Shown: one piece after another, positions 20,686-32,662 of the stretch | Numbering within the stretch: the stretch's first letter is position 1 | Layout of the letters: each line of letters starts with the position of its first letter | Assembly: GCA_033720895.1 (NCBI GenBank) | Contig: JAWWBS010000001.1 | Location: 67,310 to 131,309 of the forward strand | Direction: 5' to 3' | Source of the DNA: Gammaproteobacteria bacterium | Lineage (GTDB): Bacteria > Pseudomonadota > Gammaproteobacteria > Natronospirales > JAJUFS01 | DNA: 64,000 nt | Notes under the pieces: generated by a model | Told to the model about the DNA's origin: nothing | Databases searched by the model: none | What the model saw: only the letters and a program-made list of their open reading frames with translations | Program-made: the position numbers and the translations under genes

Positions 20686-23600
20686 ATGTGGGAGATAACC
20701 CGTATTGCCATGCGTCGTCCCGTCACCACGGTGATGGTGTTTGTCAGCATGTTCGTGGTCGGCGTCATTGCCTCGCGCCTGCTGCCGCTGGAGTTCTTCC
20801 CGGAGGTCGAATTCCCGGGGCTGTTCATCCAGGCGCCCTACCAGGGCTCGTCGCCAGAGGAAGTCGAGCGACTGATCACCCGCCCCATCGAGGAAGTGGT
20901 GGCTACCATGGGCAGCATCGAGCGCATGCAGTCCACTTCGCGGCGCGATTCCGCCCAGGTTTTCGTCTTCTTCGGCTGGGATTCCGATGTCGGCGTGAAA
21001 AGCGTCGAGGTGCGCGACAAGCTCGACGCCATCAAGAACGAACTGCCAGACGACCTGCGTCGCATCAATGTCTTCAAGTTCGTGACGTCCGACGCGCCCA
21101 TACTTCAATTGCGATTGAGCGCCAATCGCGACCTTGAGGGTGCTTACGACCTCCTGAACCGCAACCTGAAGCGCCGCCTGGAGCGTCTCGAGGGCGTGTC
21201 GCAGGTCGACCTCGGTGGCGTCGAACCTCCGGAAATCCGCATCGAACTCGATGCCGATCGCGTTGCCGCCTACAACGTCAATCTCAACGACCTGTCAGCC
21301 CAGCTGGCCGCAGACAATTTTTCCGTAACCGCCGGGAAGATCACCAGCAATGGCCGGCGACTGCTGGTACATCCGATCGGCGAATATCGTTCACTGGATG
21401 ACATACGCAACGTCATCGTGTCCCGTGGCGTGCGACTCTCGGACATCGCCGACGTCATCATGACCGAACGCGAGAAGGACTACAGCCGGCATCTCGATGG
21501 CACCTATGCAGTAAGCCTCGAAATTCGCAAGGCATCCGGTGCCAACATGGTGGCCGTGACCGAGCGGGTGATGAACGAGATCGAGGAAATTTCCAAGCTG
21601 CCGCAAATGGAAGGCATCACCATCTTCACCATGGGCAACCAGGCCGAGGGTGTCACCTCCTCCTTGAAGGACCTCGTGAATGCCGGCCTGATCGGCGCCC
21701 TGTTCTCGCTTATCGTGCTGTTCCTGTTCCTGCGCCAGCTGTCAGTCACGCTGATGGTCACGCTGGCCGTCCCGTTTTCGCTCACCATTGCCCTGGCAGC
21801 AATGTACTTCCTCGACGTCAGCCTCAATATCCTGTCGCTGATGGGACTGATGCTGGCCGTCGGCATGCTGGTGGACAACGCTGTCGTCGTTTCGGAAAGC
21901 ATCTTTCGTTACAAGCAGAAGATGCCGGGTGATCCCATGGGTGCAACACTGGAAGGCACCAAGGAAGTTGCAACCGCCGTGTTTGCCGGCACGCTGACGA
22001 CCATCATTGTCTTCCTGCCAGTGGTCTTTGGCGAAGCGAGCAACATCACGATTTTCCTGGGCCATGTCGCCGTCACCATCATATTTTCCCTGATCGGCTC
22101 GCTGGCACTGGCATTGACCATGATTCCGATGATCGCAGCCCGAATCGACGTGCCTGCACCGGATGAAACCACCTCGAGAATGGAGCGATTGAAGAAGCGC
22201 TATCGCAACATGCTCGACTGGACACTGGTGCACCGCTGGGCATCGGCACTGATCATCGCGCTGATCGTCGCCGTGTCGATGGTACCGATGGGACAGGTCA
22301 AGAAGGACATGTTCCCGGAAGAAGAGTCGCGCCAGCTGAACATCAATATCGAAGTGAACGGCACCTACTCGCTGGAGGTCGTGGAAGAGAACATCACGCG
22401 TGTCGAGGAATACCTGTTCGCCAACAAGGAACGTTACGAAATCGATTCCGTCTACAGCTGGATGCAGGCCGGTTTCGCGCGCATCACGCTGATCCTCACC
22501 GAGGACGAGGAAGCCAAGCGCAGCTCCAAGGCCATTCGCGATGAACTGATCGAAAACCTGCCACAGATTGCGATCGGCAAGTACAGTTTCAATCGCCAGC
22601 GGAGTGGCGCGTCGGAAGGTCTGGCGATCTACCTTCGTGGCGAGTCCAGCGAAACGCTGATGGAACTGTCGGAGGATTTCCGCAGGGCCATGCAGGGCAT
22701 CGAAGGCATTACCGAAGTGAGCCTGGACACGGAGGGCACCAGCCGAGAGATCCAGGTTGTCGTAGACCGGGCCAAGGCCCAGCGTCTCGGCCTCGATTCC
22801 CGCGCTGTCGCAACAACCATTTCGACAGCGATGCGCGGCCAGAACCTGCGGCAGTTCCGCGGCGGCCAGGGCGAGATCGATATCCGGCTCGAGTTCAGTG
22901 AGGACGATCGACAGTCGCTGGCAGAGCTGTACTCGCTGCCGATCTACAATGCCGCCGGCGAAGAGGTCCTGCTTTCGTCCATCGCGAGCATTCGCCTGGT
23001 TGATGGTCCGGCGGAAATCCGCCGATCCAATCGTGCCACCAACCTGAAGATAGATGTCGGCCTTGCCAAGGACGTGACGATGTTCGACATCCGGCCGAAG
23101 CTGCAGCGCCAGCTTAGCGCACTGTCGCTGCCCGAGGGGTACCAGTGGAGCTTTGGCCGCGCTTTCGACGAAGCCCAGCAGACCGAAAACCAGATGGCAA
23201 CCAACTTCCTGCTGGCGCTGATGCTGATTTTCATCGTCATGGCCGCGCTGTTCGAAAAACTGCTGCAGCCACTGGCGATCATCTCCGGCATCTTCTTCTC
23301 GGTACTGGGCATTTTCTGGCTGTTCTGGCTGAGCGGCACGATCTTCGACCTGATGGCCATGATCGGCATCCTTATCCTGATGGGTGTGGTGGTGAACAAC
23401 GGCATCGTGATGCTGGATCACATCAACAACCTGAGAAAGGAAGGCATGGAGCGTCGCGAGGCCATCCTGCAAGGCGCCACCGACCGCCTGCGACCCATCC
23501 TGATGACAGTGGCGACCACGGTGCTCGGACTGATCCCGCTGGCCGTCGGCAACACCCAGCTGGGTGGCGACGGCCCGCCCTACTTCCCCATGGCTCGCGC

Positions 23601-23772
23601 CATCATCGGTGGACTGCTGTTCTCGACCATTGTCAGCCTGGCCATGCTGCCGACCATCTACGCCATGCTCGATGACCTGGGCCAGTGGAGTGCGCGGGCG
23701 CTCAACAAGGCGCGGGTCACCACGCTGCGGCGCCTGACGGCGATTGCGCAGGCTGGTACGGGGAACGGTTGA
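20686..23772 (+). CDS. RND efflux permease (1028 aa), second of the tandem pair
   Basis: Start MWEITRIAMRRPVTTVMVF lies 10 nt after the upstream stop, with GAGGAA as RBS. TM4 reads GMLVDNAVVVSESI. Confidence 0.96.
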   Translation: MWEITRIAMRRPVTTVMVFVSMFVVGVIASRLLPLEFFPEVEFPGLFIQAPYQGSSPEEVERLITRPIEEVVATMGSIERMQSTSRRDSAQVFVFFGWDSDVGVKSVEVRDKLDAIKNELPDDLRRINVFKFVTSDAPILQLRLSANRDLEGAYDLLNRNLKRRLERLEGVSQVDLGGVEPPEIRIELDADRVAAYNVNLNDLSAQLAADNFSVTAGKITSNGRRLLVHPIGEYRSLDDIRNVIVSRGVRLSDIADVIMTEREKDYSRHLDGTYAVSLEIRKASGANMVAVTERVMNEIEEISKLPQMEGITIFTMGNQAEGVTSSLKDLVNAGLIGALFSLIVLFLFLRQLSVTLMVTLAVPFSLTIALAAMYFLDVSLNILSLMGLMLAVGMLVDNAVVVSESIFRYKQKMPGDPMGATLEGTKEVATAVFAGTLTTIIVFLPVVFGEASNITIFLGHVAVTIIFSLIGSLALALTMIPMIAARIDVPAPDETTSRMERLKKRYRNMLDWTLVHRWASALIIALIVAVSMVPMGQVKKDMFPEEESRQLNINIEVNGTYSLEVVEENITRVEEYLFANKERYEIDSVYSWMQAGFARITLILTEDEEAKRSSKAIRDELIENLPQIAIGKYSFNRQRSGASEGLAIYLRGESSETLMELSEDFRRAMQGIEGITEVSLDTEGTSREIQVVVDRAKAQRLGLDSRAVATTISTAMRGQNLRQFRGGQGEIDIRLEFSEDDRQSLAELYSLPIYNAAGEEVLLSSIASIRLVDGPAEIRRSNRATNLKIDVGLAKDVTMFDIRPKLQRQLSALSLPEGYQWSFGRAFDEAQQTENQMATNFLLALMLIFIVMAALFEKLLQPLAIISGIFFSVLGIFWLFWLSGTIFDLMAMIGILILMGVVVNNGIVMLDHINNLRKEGMERREAILQGATDRLRPILMTVATTVLGLIPLAVGNTQLGGDGPPYFPMARAIIGGLLFSTIVSLAMLPTIYAMLDDLGQWSARALNKARVTTLRRLTAIAQAGTGNG

Positions 23773-23822
23773 TCAGGACATGACAGGATTGGCGGCCCGT
23801 CTCACCCGGGCCGGCCGCCAGT

Positions 23823-24902
23823 TCAATCGAGCAGCAATTCCGGCAGATCCCAGTAGGACTCCTCGATCACGTTGAGCTCGATTTCCGAGCCACCCACCTG
23901 CATGTGATCCGCACTGGACGCACTGACGAAGTTGAGCTGCAGCTTGGCAAAATTCCCGACCGGCGGCAGGGTGTCGCCATTGCCTTCAAATCGCACGTTC
24001 TCGCGCAGGTGACTCAAGCGGCGCTGGAGCTTCTCTGCCCGCTTGTCGTCTTCCTGAACTCGCCGGATCGCATCTCGAATCGGCTTCTGCAACGCGAGAC
24101 ATTCCTCGTTGCTGCCGAAATTGCATTCATCCGGTGACTTGACCTGCACCATGCGGGCACGCCGCGAGAAGTCGTTCTCCATCAGTTGCACGACCAGGTA
24201 CTGGGCCAGCGCAATCAGCTGCAAATTGATCTCGCGTTTCGACTTCGGACCGAGGCCCTTGTACTCAGGTGGCTCCCCATCCTTGACCCGCTGCAGCTCC
24301 AGCCGGGTCTTCTCGTGCTTTTCGGCAACCGGAGCCAGCGCTTCGCGTGCATCTGCAAGGGCGGCATTCAGCTTCTTGCGCTTGAAGAAATGCCAGAGCT
24401 GCTGGCTGGCGGCAATTGCCTTTTCCAGGCTTTCCACCTCCGCCTTCGCTTCACCGTGCATTTCGTCCAGCAGTTCGAATTTCTTCTCCAGTTGCTTCTG
24501 CTCCTCGGCAGCATGAGCCTGGAATTCCTTTACCTGCTTGTCACGCTCGAGTGTTTCGAATTTCTCGATCAGCGCCCGCTTGCGTTCCTCCAGCAGCGAG
24601 CGGCAATGGTCATGCAGCGCACGGAAACGATAATAGATGACGGCATTCTGGCAACGGGTCTCATCGAGCAGGACTTCTTCCACACCCTGCAGGCGACTGC
24701 TCTGCTCGTCATGGAGCTGGCGCAGCTGTTCGTGCTCGGCCTTCAACGCTTCCAGTTCGTCCAGCGTCTTGCCGAAGTCGCGCTTGAGCTCGTTGCGCTT
24801 TTCGAACAACTGCAGCAGTTGCTGCTGCGGATCATCCTTGCCGGCCTTGCGGACCTTGGCGTCCATTGCATTTTCCTTTTGTGCAGTGTCCTTGTCGCTC
24901 AT
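23823..24902 (-). CDS. Hypothetical coiled-coil protein (about 359 aa)
   Basis: Long heptad-like E/K/L/Q-rich stretches and a non-repetitive C-terminal 120 aa. The start was chosen at MSDKDTAQ, and MDAKVRK (24866) is also possible. Confidence 0.7.
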   Translation of the reverse strand: MSDKDTAQKENAMDAKVRKAGKDDPQQQLLQLFEKRNELKRDFGKTLDELEALKAEHEQLRQLHDEQSSRLQGVEEVLLDETRCQNAVIYYRFRALHDHCRSLLEERKRALIEKFETLERDKQVKEFQAHAAEEQKQLEKKFELLDEMHGEAKAEVESLEKAIAASQQLWHFFKRKKLNAALADAREALAPVAEKHEKTRLELQRVKDGEPPEYKGLGPKSKREINLQLIALAQYLVVQLMENDFSRRARMVQVKSPDECNFGSNEECLALQKPIRDAIRRVQEDDKRAEKLQRRLSHLRENVRFEGNGDTLPPVGNFAKLQLNFVSASSADHMQVGGSEIELNVIEESYWDLPELLLD

Positions 24903-24934
24903 TGCCGACCAGCCTTGATGAGCATCCCGGATGC

Positions 24935-25387
24935 CTAGAAATCGAAGGAGTGGCCGCGCTCGAGGCAGTACTCCAGCCACTTGTTCAACAACAGGTTGCG
25001 TTGCCAGCGACTGGCCAGCTCGTTCTGGCCGCGGGCATCGAAGCGCTTCAACATGTGATGTCGGTGCGTCGGCTTGCAGGACAGCACCTCGGCCACCTGC
25101 ACGTCGTGGTAGATACGGACCTGCAGGTCGGGATCGGCCTCGCCGCTGCCATCCTCGCCAAAGCGGTAGGTCAGGCGAAAGGTGGTCGTGTACGGTGTCT
25201 GCTCTTCGACCCGGAGGTGCAGGTCCAGGTCGTCGCGCACGGCCGATACCGCCTCGTCAGGCAGCGCCCGGCGATTCCCCAGCAGCTTGCCCAGCCGCCG
25301 GTAATTGCTCTCGTACAGGGCCATCAAGCCCTTGAAGGAACGGGGCTTGACCCAGTCGAGTCGGCTTTGTCCGGTATCGATCAACAT
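24935..25387 (-). CDS. DUF1249 (YqiB-like) protein
   Basis: LYESNYRRLGKLL, TPYTTTFRLT, VRIYHDVQVAEV and NKWLEYCLERGH parallel E. coli YqiB as I remember it. Confidence 0.8.
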   Translation of the reverse strand: MLIDTGQSRLDWVKPRSFKGLMALYESNYRRLGKLLGNRRALPDEAVSAVRDDLDLHLRVEEQTPYTTTFRLTYRFGEDGSGEADPDLQVRIYHDVQVAEVLSCKPTHRHHMLKRFDARGQNELASRWQRNLLLNKWLEYCLERGHSFDF

Positions 25388-25444
25388 GGGCCGAATATAG
25401 CACAGCAGCTGCCGCCAGCCTGACTGCCAGCCCGCGGCGGGTAT

Positions 25445-26281
25445 TCAGAAAAAGCGGCGCTTTATGCCCGTCTCGTGGATGATGGTGGTGGCGATTTCCT
25501 CGATAGAGGAGTTGGTGGTGTTGGTGAATGGCACGTTGGTGGTCTGGAACATGTTCTCTGCCTGCCTGAGCTCCAGGTTCACCTGCCCTGCCGACGCATA
25601 GCGGCTGTCCGGGCGACGCTCGGTACGAATCTGCTGCAGGCGGCCGGCATCGATGGTCAGCCCGAACAGCTTGTCGCGAAACGGCAGCAACGACTGCGGG
25701 AACCGGCCGGTTTCCAGCTCTTCCTCGGTCAGGGGGTAATTGGCGGCATAGAGACCATAATGCAGGGCCAGGTACAGGCAGGTGGGTGTCTTGCCCGAGC
25801 GCGATACGCCGACCAGTATCACATCCGCCTTTTCGTAATTCTTGGTGGTCACGCCGTCATCATTGGCCAGCGCGAAGTTCATGGCATCGATGCGGGTGGT
25901 GTAATTGGCCTCGTCGTGCATGCCGTGGGCCCGGCCCGAGGTATGCGAGGACTTGACCCCCAGTTCCTTCTCCAGCGGACCGATGAAGGCATCGAAGAAA
26001 TCCAGGAAAACACACTCCGATTCGGCCACCAGTTCGCGGATATCATCAGCAATCAAGGTACTGAAAATAATGGGTTTTTCGCCCTCCTCCTGGTGCGTCT
26101 GGCGAACCCTTTCGACAAAGGCTTCCGCCTTATCAACCGTGCTGAGAAATGGTACAGTCACCTGCCGGAAACGGACCCCGTCGAACTGTGTCAACAGGCT
26201 GTGTCCCAGGGTTTCGGCCGTGATACCGGTCCGATCCGACACGAAAAACACGGTACGGGCTTTTTCCATCGCTTGAGCCAT
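25445..26281 (-). CDS. ppsR: PEP synthase regulatory protein (pyruvate, water dikinase kinase/phosphorylase)
   Basis: VFFVSDRTGITAE and VGVSRSGKTPTCLYLA motifs. It is divergent from ppsA, as in other gammaproteobacteria. Confidence 0.95.
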   Translation of the reverse strand: MAQAMEKARTVFFVSDRTGITAETLGHSLLTQFDGVRFRQVTVPFLSTVDKAEAFVERVRQTHQEEGEKPIIFSTLIADDIRELVAESECVFLDFFDAFIGPLEKELGVKSSHTSGRAHGMHDEANYTTRIDAMNFALANDDGVTTKNYEKADVILVGVSRSGKTPTCLYLALHYGLYAANYPLTEEELETGRFPQSLLPFRDKLFGLTIDAGRLQQIRTERRPDSRYASAGQVNLELRQAENMFQTTNVPFTNTTNSSIEEIATTIIHETGIKRRFF

Positions 26282-26459
26282 GGCTCGGGCACTCCTTGAA
26301 GGTCATTCTTGCGCCGCGGAATCGCGCAGCGGCGAGAGTGAACCATAGCAAGGCCGGTTCACATGGAAAACCGGCATTTTGAAGAATCCCGCCGCCGCGC
26401 GGCCGCCGCCCCCGGGTTTCACCAGGGGCACCTGACAACTGGACTGACTGGAAAGCAGC

Positions 26460-28829
<2,370 letters not shown>

Positions 28830-28860
28830 TACGGTCCCATTACCCAGAATACGGAGCTGA

Positions 28861-29325
28861 ATGATGCGCAAGAAATTACTGGCCGTGCTGGCCGCTTTCA
28901 CCCTTTCCGCCGGCATGCTCGGCGTTGCGGCTCCGGCTGTCGCCGGTACTGCCACCGATTCGCTGGGCAGGTGCCTGGTGAACAGCACCAGCCCTAACGA
29001 TCGCACCCTCTTGATCCGCTGGATCTTTGCAGCCATGTCGCAGCACCCGGAAGTGGCCACGCTGTCGATGGTCGATGCCGAGGATGCCGCGCAGCTGAAC
29101 AAGGACACTGGCGAGCTTTTCACCACCCTGATCGCGGACCGTTGCAGGAATGAAACGCGTGCTGCCCTCGAACAGGAAGGCGAGCAAGCCATACAGGCGG
29201 CGTTCAGCATTCTCGGCCAGGTCGCCATGCAGGGCATCATGTCCGCCCCGAGCGTTGCCAGCTACATGAACGGCCTCGACCAGCATGTCGACGCCGAGCG
29301 CCTGCAGCAGGCCTTCGGGGAATAG
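28861..29325 (+). CDS. Hypothetical secreted protein (154 aa)
   Basis: Signal peptide MMRKKLLAVLAAFTLSAGMLGVAAPAVAG. No family recognised. Confidence 0.65.
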   Translation: MMRKKLLAVLAAFTLSAGMLGVAAPAVAGTATDSLGRCLVNSTSPNDRTLLIRWIFAAMSQHPEVATLSMVDAEDAAQLNKDTGELFTTLIADRCRNETRAALEQEGEQAIQAAFSILGQVAMQGIMSAPSVASYMNGLDQHVDAERLQQAFGE

Positions 29326-29349
29326 GCAGCAACAAGCCCTTTCCAGCGA

Positions 29350-29392
29350 GCGGCGCTGCCAGCCGGATTCCGGCGCAGCGCCGCTTTTTTTT
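29350..29392 (+). terminator. Rho-independent terminator
   Basis: GCGGCGCTGC...GCAGCGCCGC 10-bp stem (with an inner GCCGG/CCGGC) followed by T8. Confidence 0.8.
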
Positions 29393-29410
29393 GCCTGCCG
29401 TTCGGATACC

Positions 29411-31042
29411 ATGGTTGCTGACGATCACATCGGAGTCCCTATGCACGCGCCTGACAAGCCCCTGGACCATGCCTCGAGCGACGCCGTAGTCGACGTCTGC
29501 AACCCGGTAACGGGTGAACGCATTGGCAGCTACAAGCAGATCGACAGCGACGAGCTGCGGCAACGCATTGCGGCCGCTCGCCTGGCCCAGCCGAGCTGGA
29601 GCCGCCTGACCCTGGCGCAGCGACAGGCCTTTATTGCGAAGATGCGCGCCTGGTTGACGGAACATGCCGAAGAAGCCGCCGACCTGGTCCGGCAATGCGT
29701 GGGCAAGCGCCCGATCGAAGCACTGGCCGGTGACGTGATGCCGTCGATATTCGGCAGCGCCTGGTACGAGCGCCAGGCACCGCGCATGCTTCGTCCCAGG
29801 AAGCTGAAACCGGGTTCGCTGCTCTTCCTGAACAAGCGCTCCGTACTGCACCGCAAGCCCCACGGCGTGGTCGGCATCATCGCGCCCTGGAACTATCCGC
29901 TCGGCATTCCCATGCACGAGATCGTGCCCGCACTGCTGGCTGGCAATACCGTACTGCTGAAGACCGCGCCGGAAACCCTGCCGGTGGGTGAACTGATTGC
30001 CCGCATGTTCAAGGAATCGGGCCTGCCCGAAAACGTTTTCCAGCACGTGATCGTCGACGGACCCGCCTGTGGCGATGTCATGCTGGCAGCCGACGGCGTG
30101 AACAAGCTGTGTTTCACCGGCAGTGTCCGCGTCGGCAAGATCCTGGCAGAAAAAGCTGCACGCCAGCTTGTGCCGATCTCGCTCGAGCTCGGCGGCAAGG
30201 ACGCCATGATCGTGCTGCCGGATGCCGACATTCAGCGCGCGGCCGAGGGCGCCGTCTTTGCCGGCATGATGAATGCAGGCCAGTCCTGTGCCGGCGTGGA
30301 GCGACTCTATGTCCATGAAAGCATCCATGATGACTTCATGCGGGCATTGAAGAACACGGTCGATGGCCTGCGCTGGTCGGAGGAAACGCCGTTTGACAGC
30401 GACATCGGCCCCTTGTGCACCGAGCGCCAGGCAAACGTCGTGCGCCAGCAGGTGGAAGCGGCACTGGCTGCCGGCGCCACCATCCATGCCGAGGCGCCCT
30501 TCACCACCGACAGCACGCGCCTGATCAAGCCGCTGGTGCTATCCAACGTGAGTCACGACATGGAAGTCATGCGAGAAGAAACGTTCGGCCCGATCATCGG
30601 GGTCATGACCTTCAAGGACGAAGCGGATGTCATCGAGCTGGCCAACGACTCGCGTTATGCGCTGACCGCCTCGGTGTGGTCACGCAATCGCAAGCACGCT
30701 CGCGAGCTCGCCGGCCACCTGAAGGCTGGCGCCGTCACCATCAATGACCACATGCTGAGCCATGGCCTGACCGAAACACCCTGGGGAGGCCCTGGCGATT
30801 CGGGTCTCGGTCGTGGCCATGGCGAATTCGCCTTCGAAGCGATGACCGACCCGCAGGTCGTTATCGATGACTGGCTGGGTTTCGCACAGCGCAATGTCTT
30901 CTGGTATCCCTTCAGCCGCAGCATCTATGACGGCTTGCTGGGTGGCATCCACGCCATACACGGTCGCGGCCTGGCGCGCCGCCTGAAGGGGGTCGGCAAG
31001 CTCCTGAAGATCCTGCCACGCATGTTCAAGCGATCGAAATGA
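29411..31042 (+). CDS. NAD(P)-dependent aldehyde dehydrogenase family protein
   Basis: ELGGKDAMIV and NAGQSCAGVERLYV (catalytic Glu/Cys motifs). The start was chosen after the terminator, and the ATG at 29441 is also possible. Confidence 0.92.
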   Translation: MVADDHIGVPMHAPDKPLDHASSDAVVDVCNPVTGERIGSYKQIDSDELRQRIAAARLAQPSWSRLTLAQRQAFIAKMRAWLTEHAEEAADLVRQCVGKRPIEALAGDVMPSIFGSAWYERQAPRMLRPRKLKPGSLLFLNKRSVLHRKPHGVVGIIAPWNYPLGIPMHEIVPALLAGNTVLLKTAPETLPVGELIARMFKESGLPENVFQHVIVDGPACGDVMLAADGVNKLCFTGSVRVGKILAEKAARQLVPISLELGGKDAMIVLPDADIQRAAEGAVFAGMMNAGQSCAGVERLYVHESIHDDFMRALKNTVDGLRWSEETPFDSDIGPLCTERQANVVRQQVEAALAAGATIHAEAPFTTDSTRLIKPLVLSNVSHDMEVMREETFGPIIGVMTFKDEADVIELANDSRYALTASVWSRNRKHARELAGHLKAGAVTINDHMLSHGLTETPWGGPGDSGLGRGHGEFAFEAMTDPQVVIDDWLGFAQRNVFWYPFSRSIYDGLLGGIHAIHGRGLARRLKGVGKLLKILPRMFKRSK

Positions 31043-31066
31043 CACGGCATTGCCAGGGGATGGTGC

Positions 31067-32662
31067 ATGCATAATTCCGAATTCGACTTCATCGTCGTCG
31101 GCGCAGGCAGCGCCGGCTGCGTACTGGCCAACCGCCTGTCGGCAGATCCGTCCAATCGCGTCTTGCTGATCGAAGCCGGTGGCGCCGACCGCAGTCCCTA
31201 CATCCACATGCCGGCCGGGCTGCCGAAACTCGCTGCCAACCTGGCGCTGAACTGGAATTACTACACCGAACCCCAGCAGGGTCTGGCCGGCCGCAAGCTC
31301 TGGTGGCCGCGCGGCAAGGTGCTCGGTGGCTCGAGCTCCATCAACGCCATGTGCTACATCCGTGGCCAGCGCGAAGACTACGATGGCTGGGCACGCCAGC
31401 CCGGGCTGGAAGACTGGAGCTTCGACCAGGTGCTGCCATGGTTCCTCGAATCGGAAGACAACAGTCGCGGCGAAGATGTCTTTCACGACACGGGCGGACC
31501 GCTGGGAGTTTCCGACCTGCTGCATTCACACGAACTCAGCCATGCCTTCATCAAGGCCGCCACCGAACATGGCTTGCCGGCCAACGGGGACTTCAATGGC
31601 CGTGAACAGTTCGGAGCAGGCCTCTACCAGGTCACGCAACGCAACGGCCGACGCTGCAGCACCGCCAGCGGATTCCTCAAGCCTGCTCGAGATCGACGCA
31701 ACCTGTCCGTGGTCACCAATGCACTCGTTGAAAGAGTACTGATCACGAAGGGCCGCGCCAGCGGCGTTCGTTTCCGGCTCGGCAACCAGCTCATCGACGT
31801 CCATGCTGCTCGCGAGGTGGCCATCTGCGGTGGCGCCATCAACTCGCCACAGCTGTTGATGCTGTCAGGCATCGGTTCTGCAAGGGATCTCGAGCAGCAC
31901 GGCATCGAGGTCGTGCTGGAACTGCCCGGCGTCGGACGGAACCTGCACGACCATCTCGATATCTGCACCCTGGTCGAGACCCGTGGCATCAATACCTATG
32001 ACCTCAATTTCGTGCAGGAAGCGCTGGTTGGCATCGAATACCTGTTTACCGGCAAGGGTGTCGGGTCCACCAACGCTGCGGAGGCCGGCGGCTTCGCCAT
32101 GAGCAGCCGGGCGGAGGACGGGCGTCCCGACATCCAGCTGCATTTCGTCCCTGCCCTGCTCGACGACCACGGCCGCAACAAGCTCGGCATGCAGGGCATG
32201 ACCATCCACGCGTGCTGCCTGCAACCAAGGAGCCGCGGCGGCGTGACCCTGGCCAGCAGCGATCCCGCTGCCGCGCCGCGCATCGACCCGCGCTACCTGT
32301 CCGATGACAGGGACCTGCCAGTGATGCGTGATTGTGTCGAACTGTCACGCAGCATATTTGCGCAACAGGCCTTCGCGCCCTACCGGCACAGGGAAGTCTT
32401 TCCTGGTGATGATGTGACAACTGTCGAAGGTATTGATCGGTTCATTCGACAGAAAGCCGAAACCGTCTATCACCCGGTGGGCAGCTGCCGGATGGGCAGC
32501 GACGACATGGCCGTGGTCGACGGCCACCTGCGGCTGCGTGGCATCGATGGCCTGCGCGTAGTGGACGCCTCGGTGATGCCGACCATCCCCTCCGGCAACA
32601 CCAATGCCCCTGTCATCATGATTGCCGAACGTGCCGCTGCCTGGATGCTGGACGGAAACTGA
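31067..32662 (+). CDS. GMC-family FAD oxidoreductase (choline/alcohol dehydrogenase-like)
   Basis: FDFIVVGAGSAGCVLANRLS...RVLLIEAGG, GKVLGGSSSINAM, and C-terminal HPVGSCRMG...VVDASVMP. Confidence 0.95.
   Translation: MHNSEFDFIVVGAGSAGCVLANRLSADPSNRVLLIEAGGADRSPYIHMPAGLPKLAANLALNWNYYTEPQQGLAGRKLWWPRGKVLGGSSSINAMCYIRGQREDYDGWARQPGLEDWSFDQVLPWFLESEDNSRGEDVFHDTGGPLGVSDLLHSHELSHAFIKAATEHGLPANGDFNGREQFGAGLYQVTQRNGRRCSTASGFLKPARDRRNLSVVTNALVERVLITKGRASGVRFRLGNQLIDVHAAREVAICGGAINSPQLLMLSGIGSARDLEQHGIEVVLELPGVGRNLHDHLDICTLVETRGINTYDLNFVQEALVGIEYLFTGKGVGSTNAAEAGGFAMSSRAEDGRPDIQLHFVPALLDDHGRNKLGMQGMTIHACCLQPRSRGGVTLASSDPAAAPRIDPRYLSDDRDLPVMRDCVELSRSIFAQQAFAPYRHREVFPGDDVTTVEGIDRFIRQKAETVYHPVGSCRMGSDDMAVVDGHLRLRGIDGLRVVDASVMPTIPSGNTNAPVIMIAERAAAWMLDGN

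Noticed and set aside
16770-23772. Interpreting the RND operon as a heavy-metal (HME-RND, Czc/Cus-like) system because of the GHHDHDEVH motif in the accessory protein
   Set aside because: Both permeases show the HAE-type TM4 motif (GMLVDNAIVVLEN / GMLVDNAVVVSES), not the HME DFG..DGA..V.EN motif. No CusF/CzcE-like fold, P-type ATPase or metal sensor is nearby. A His cluster alone is insufficient.
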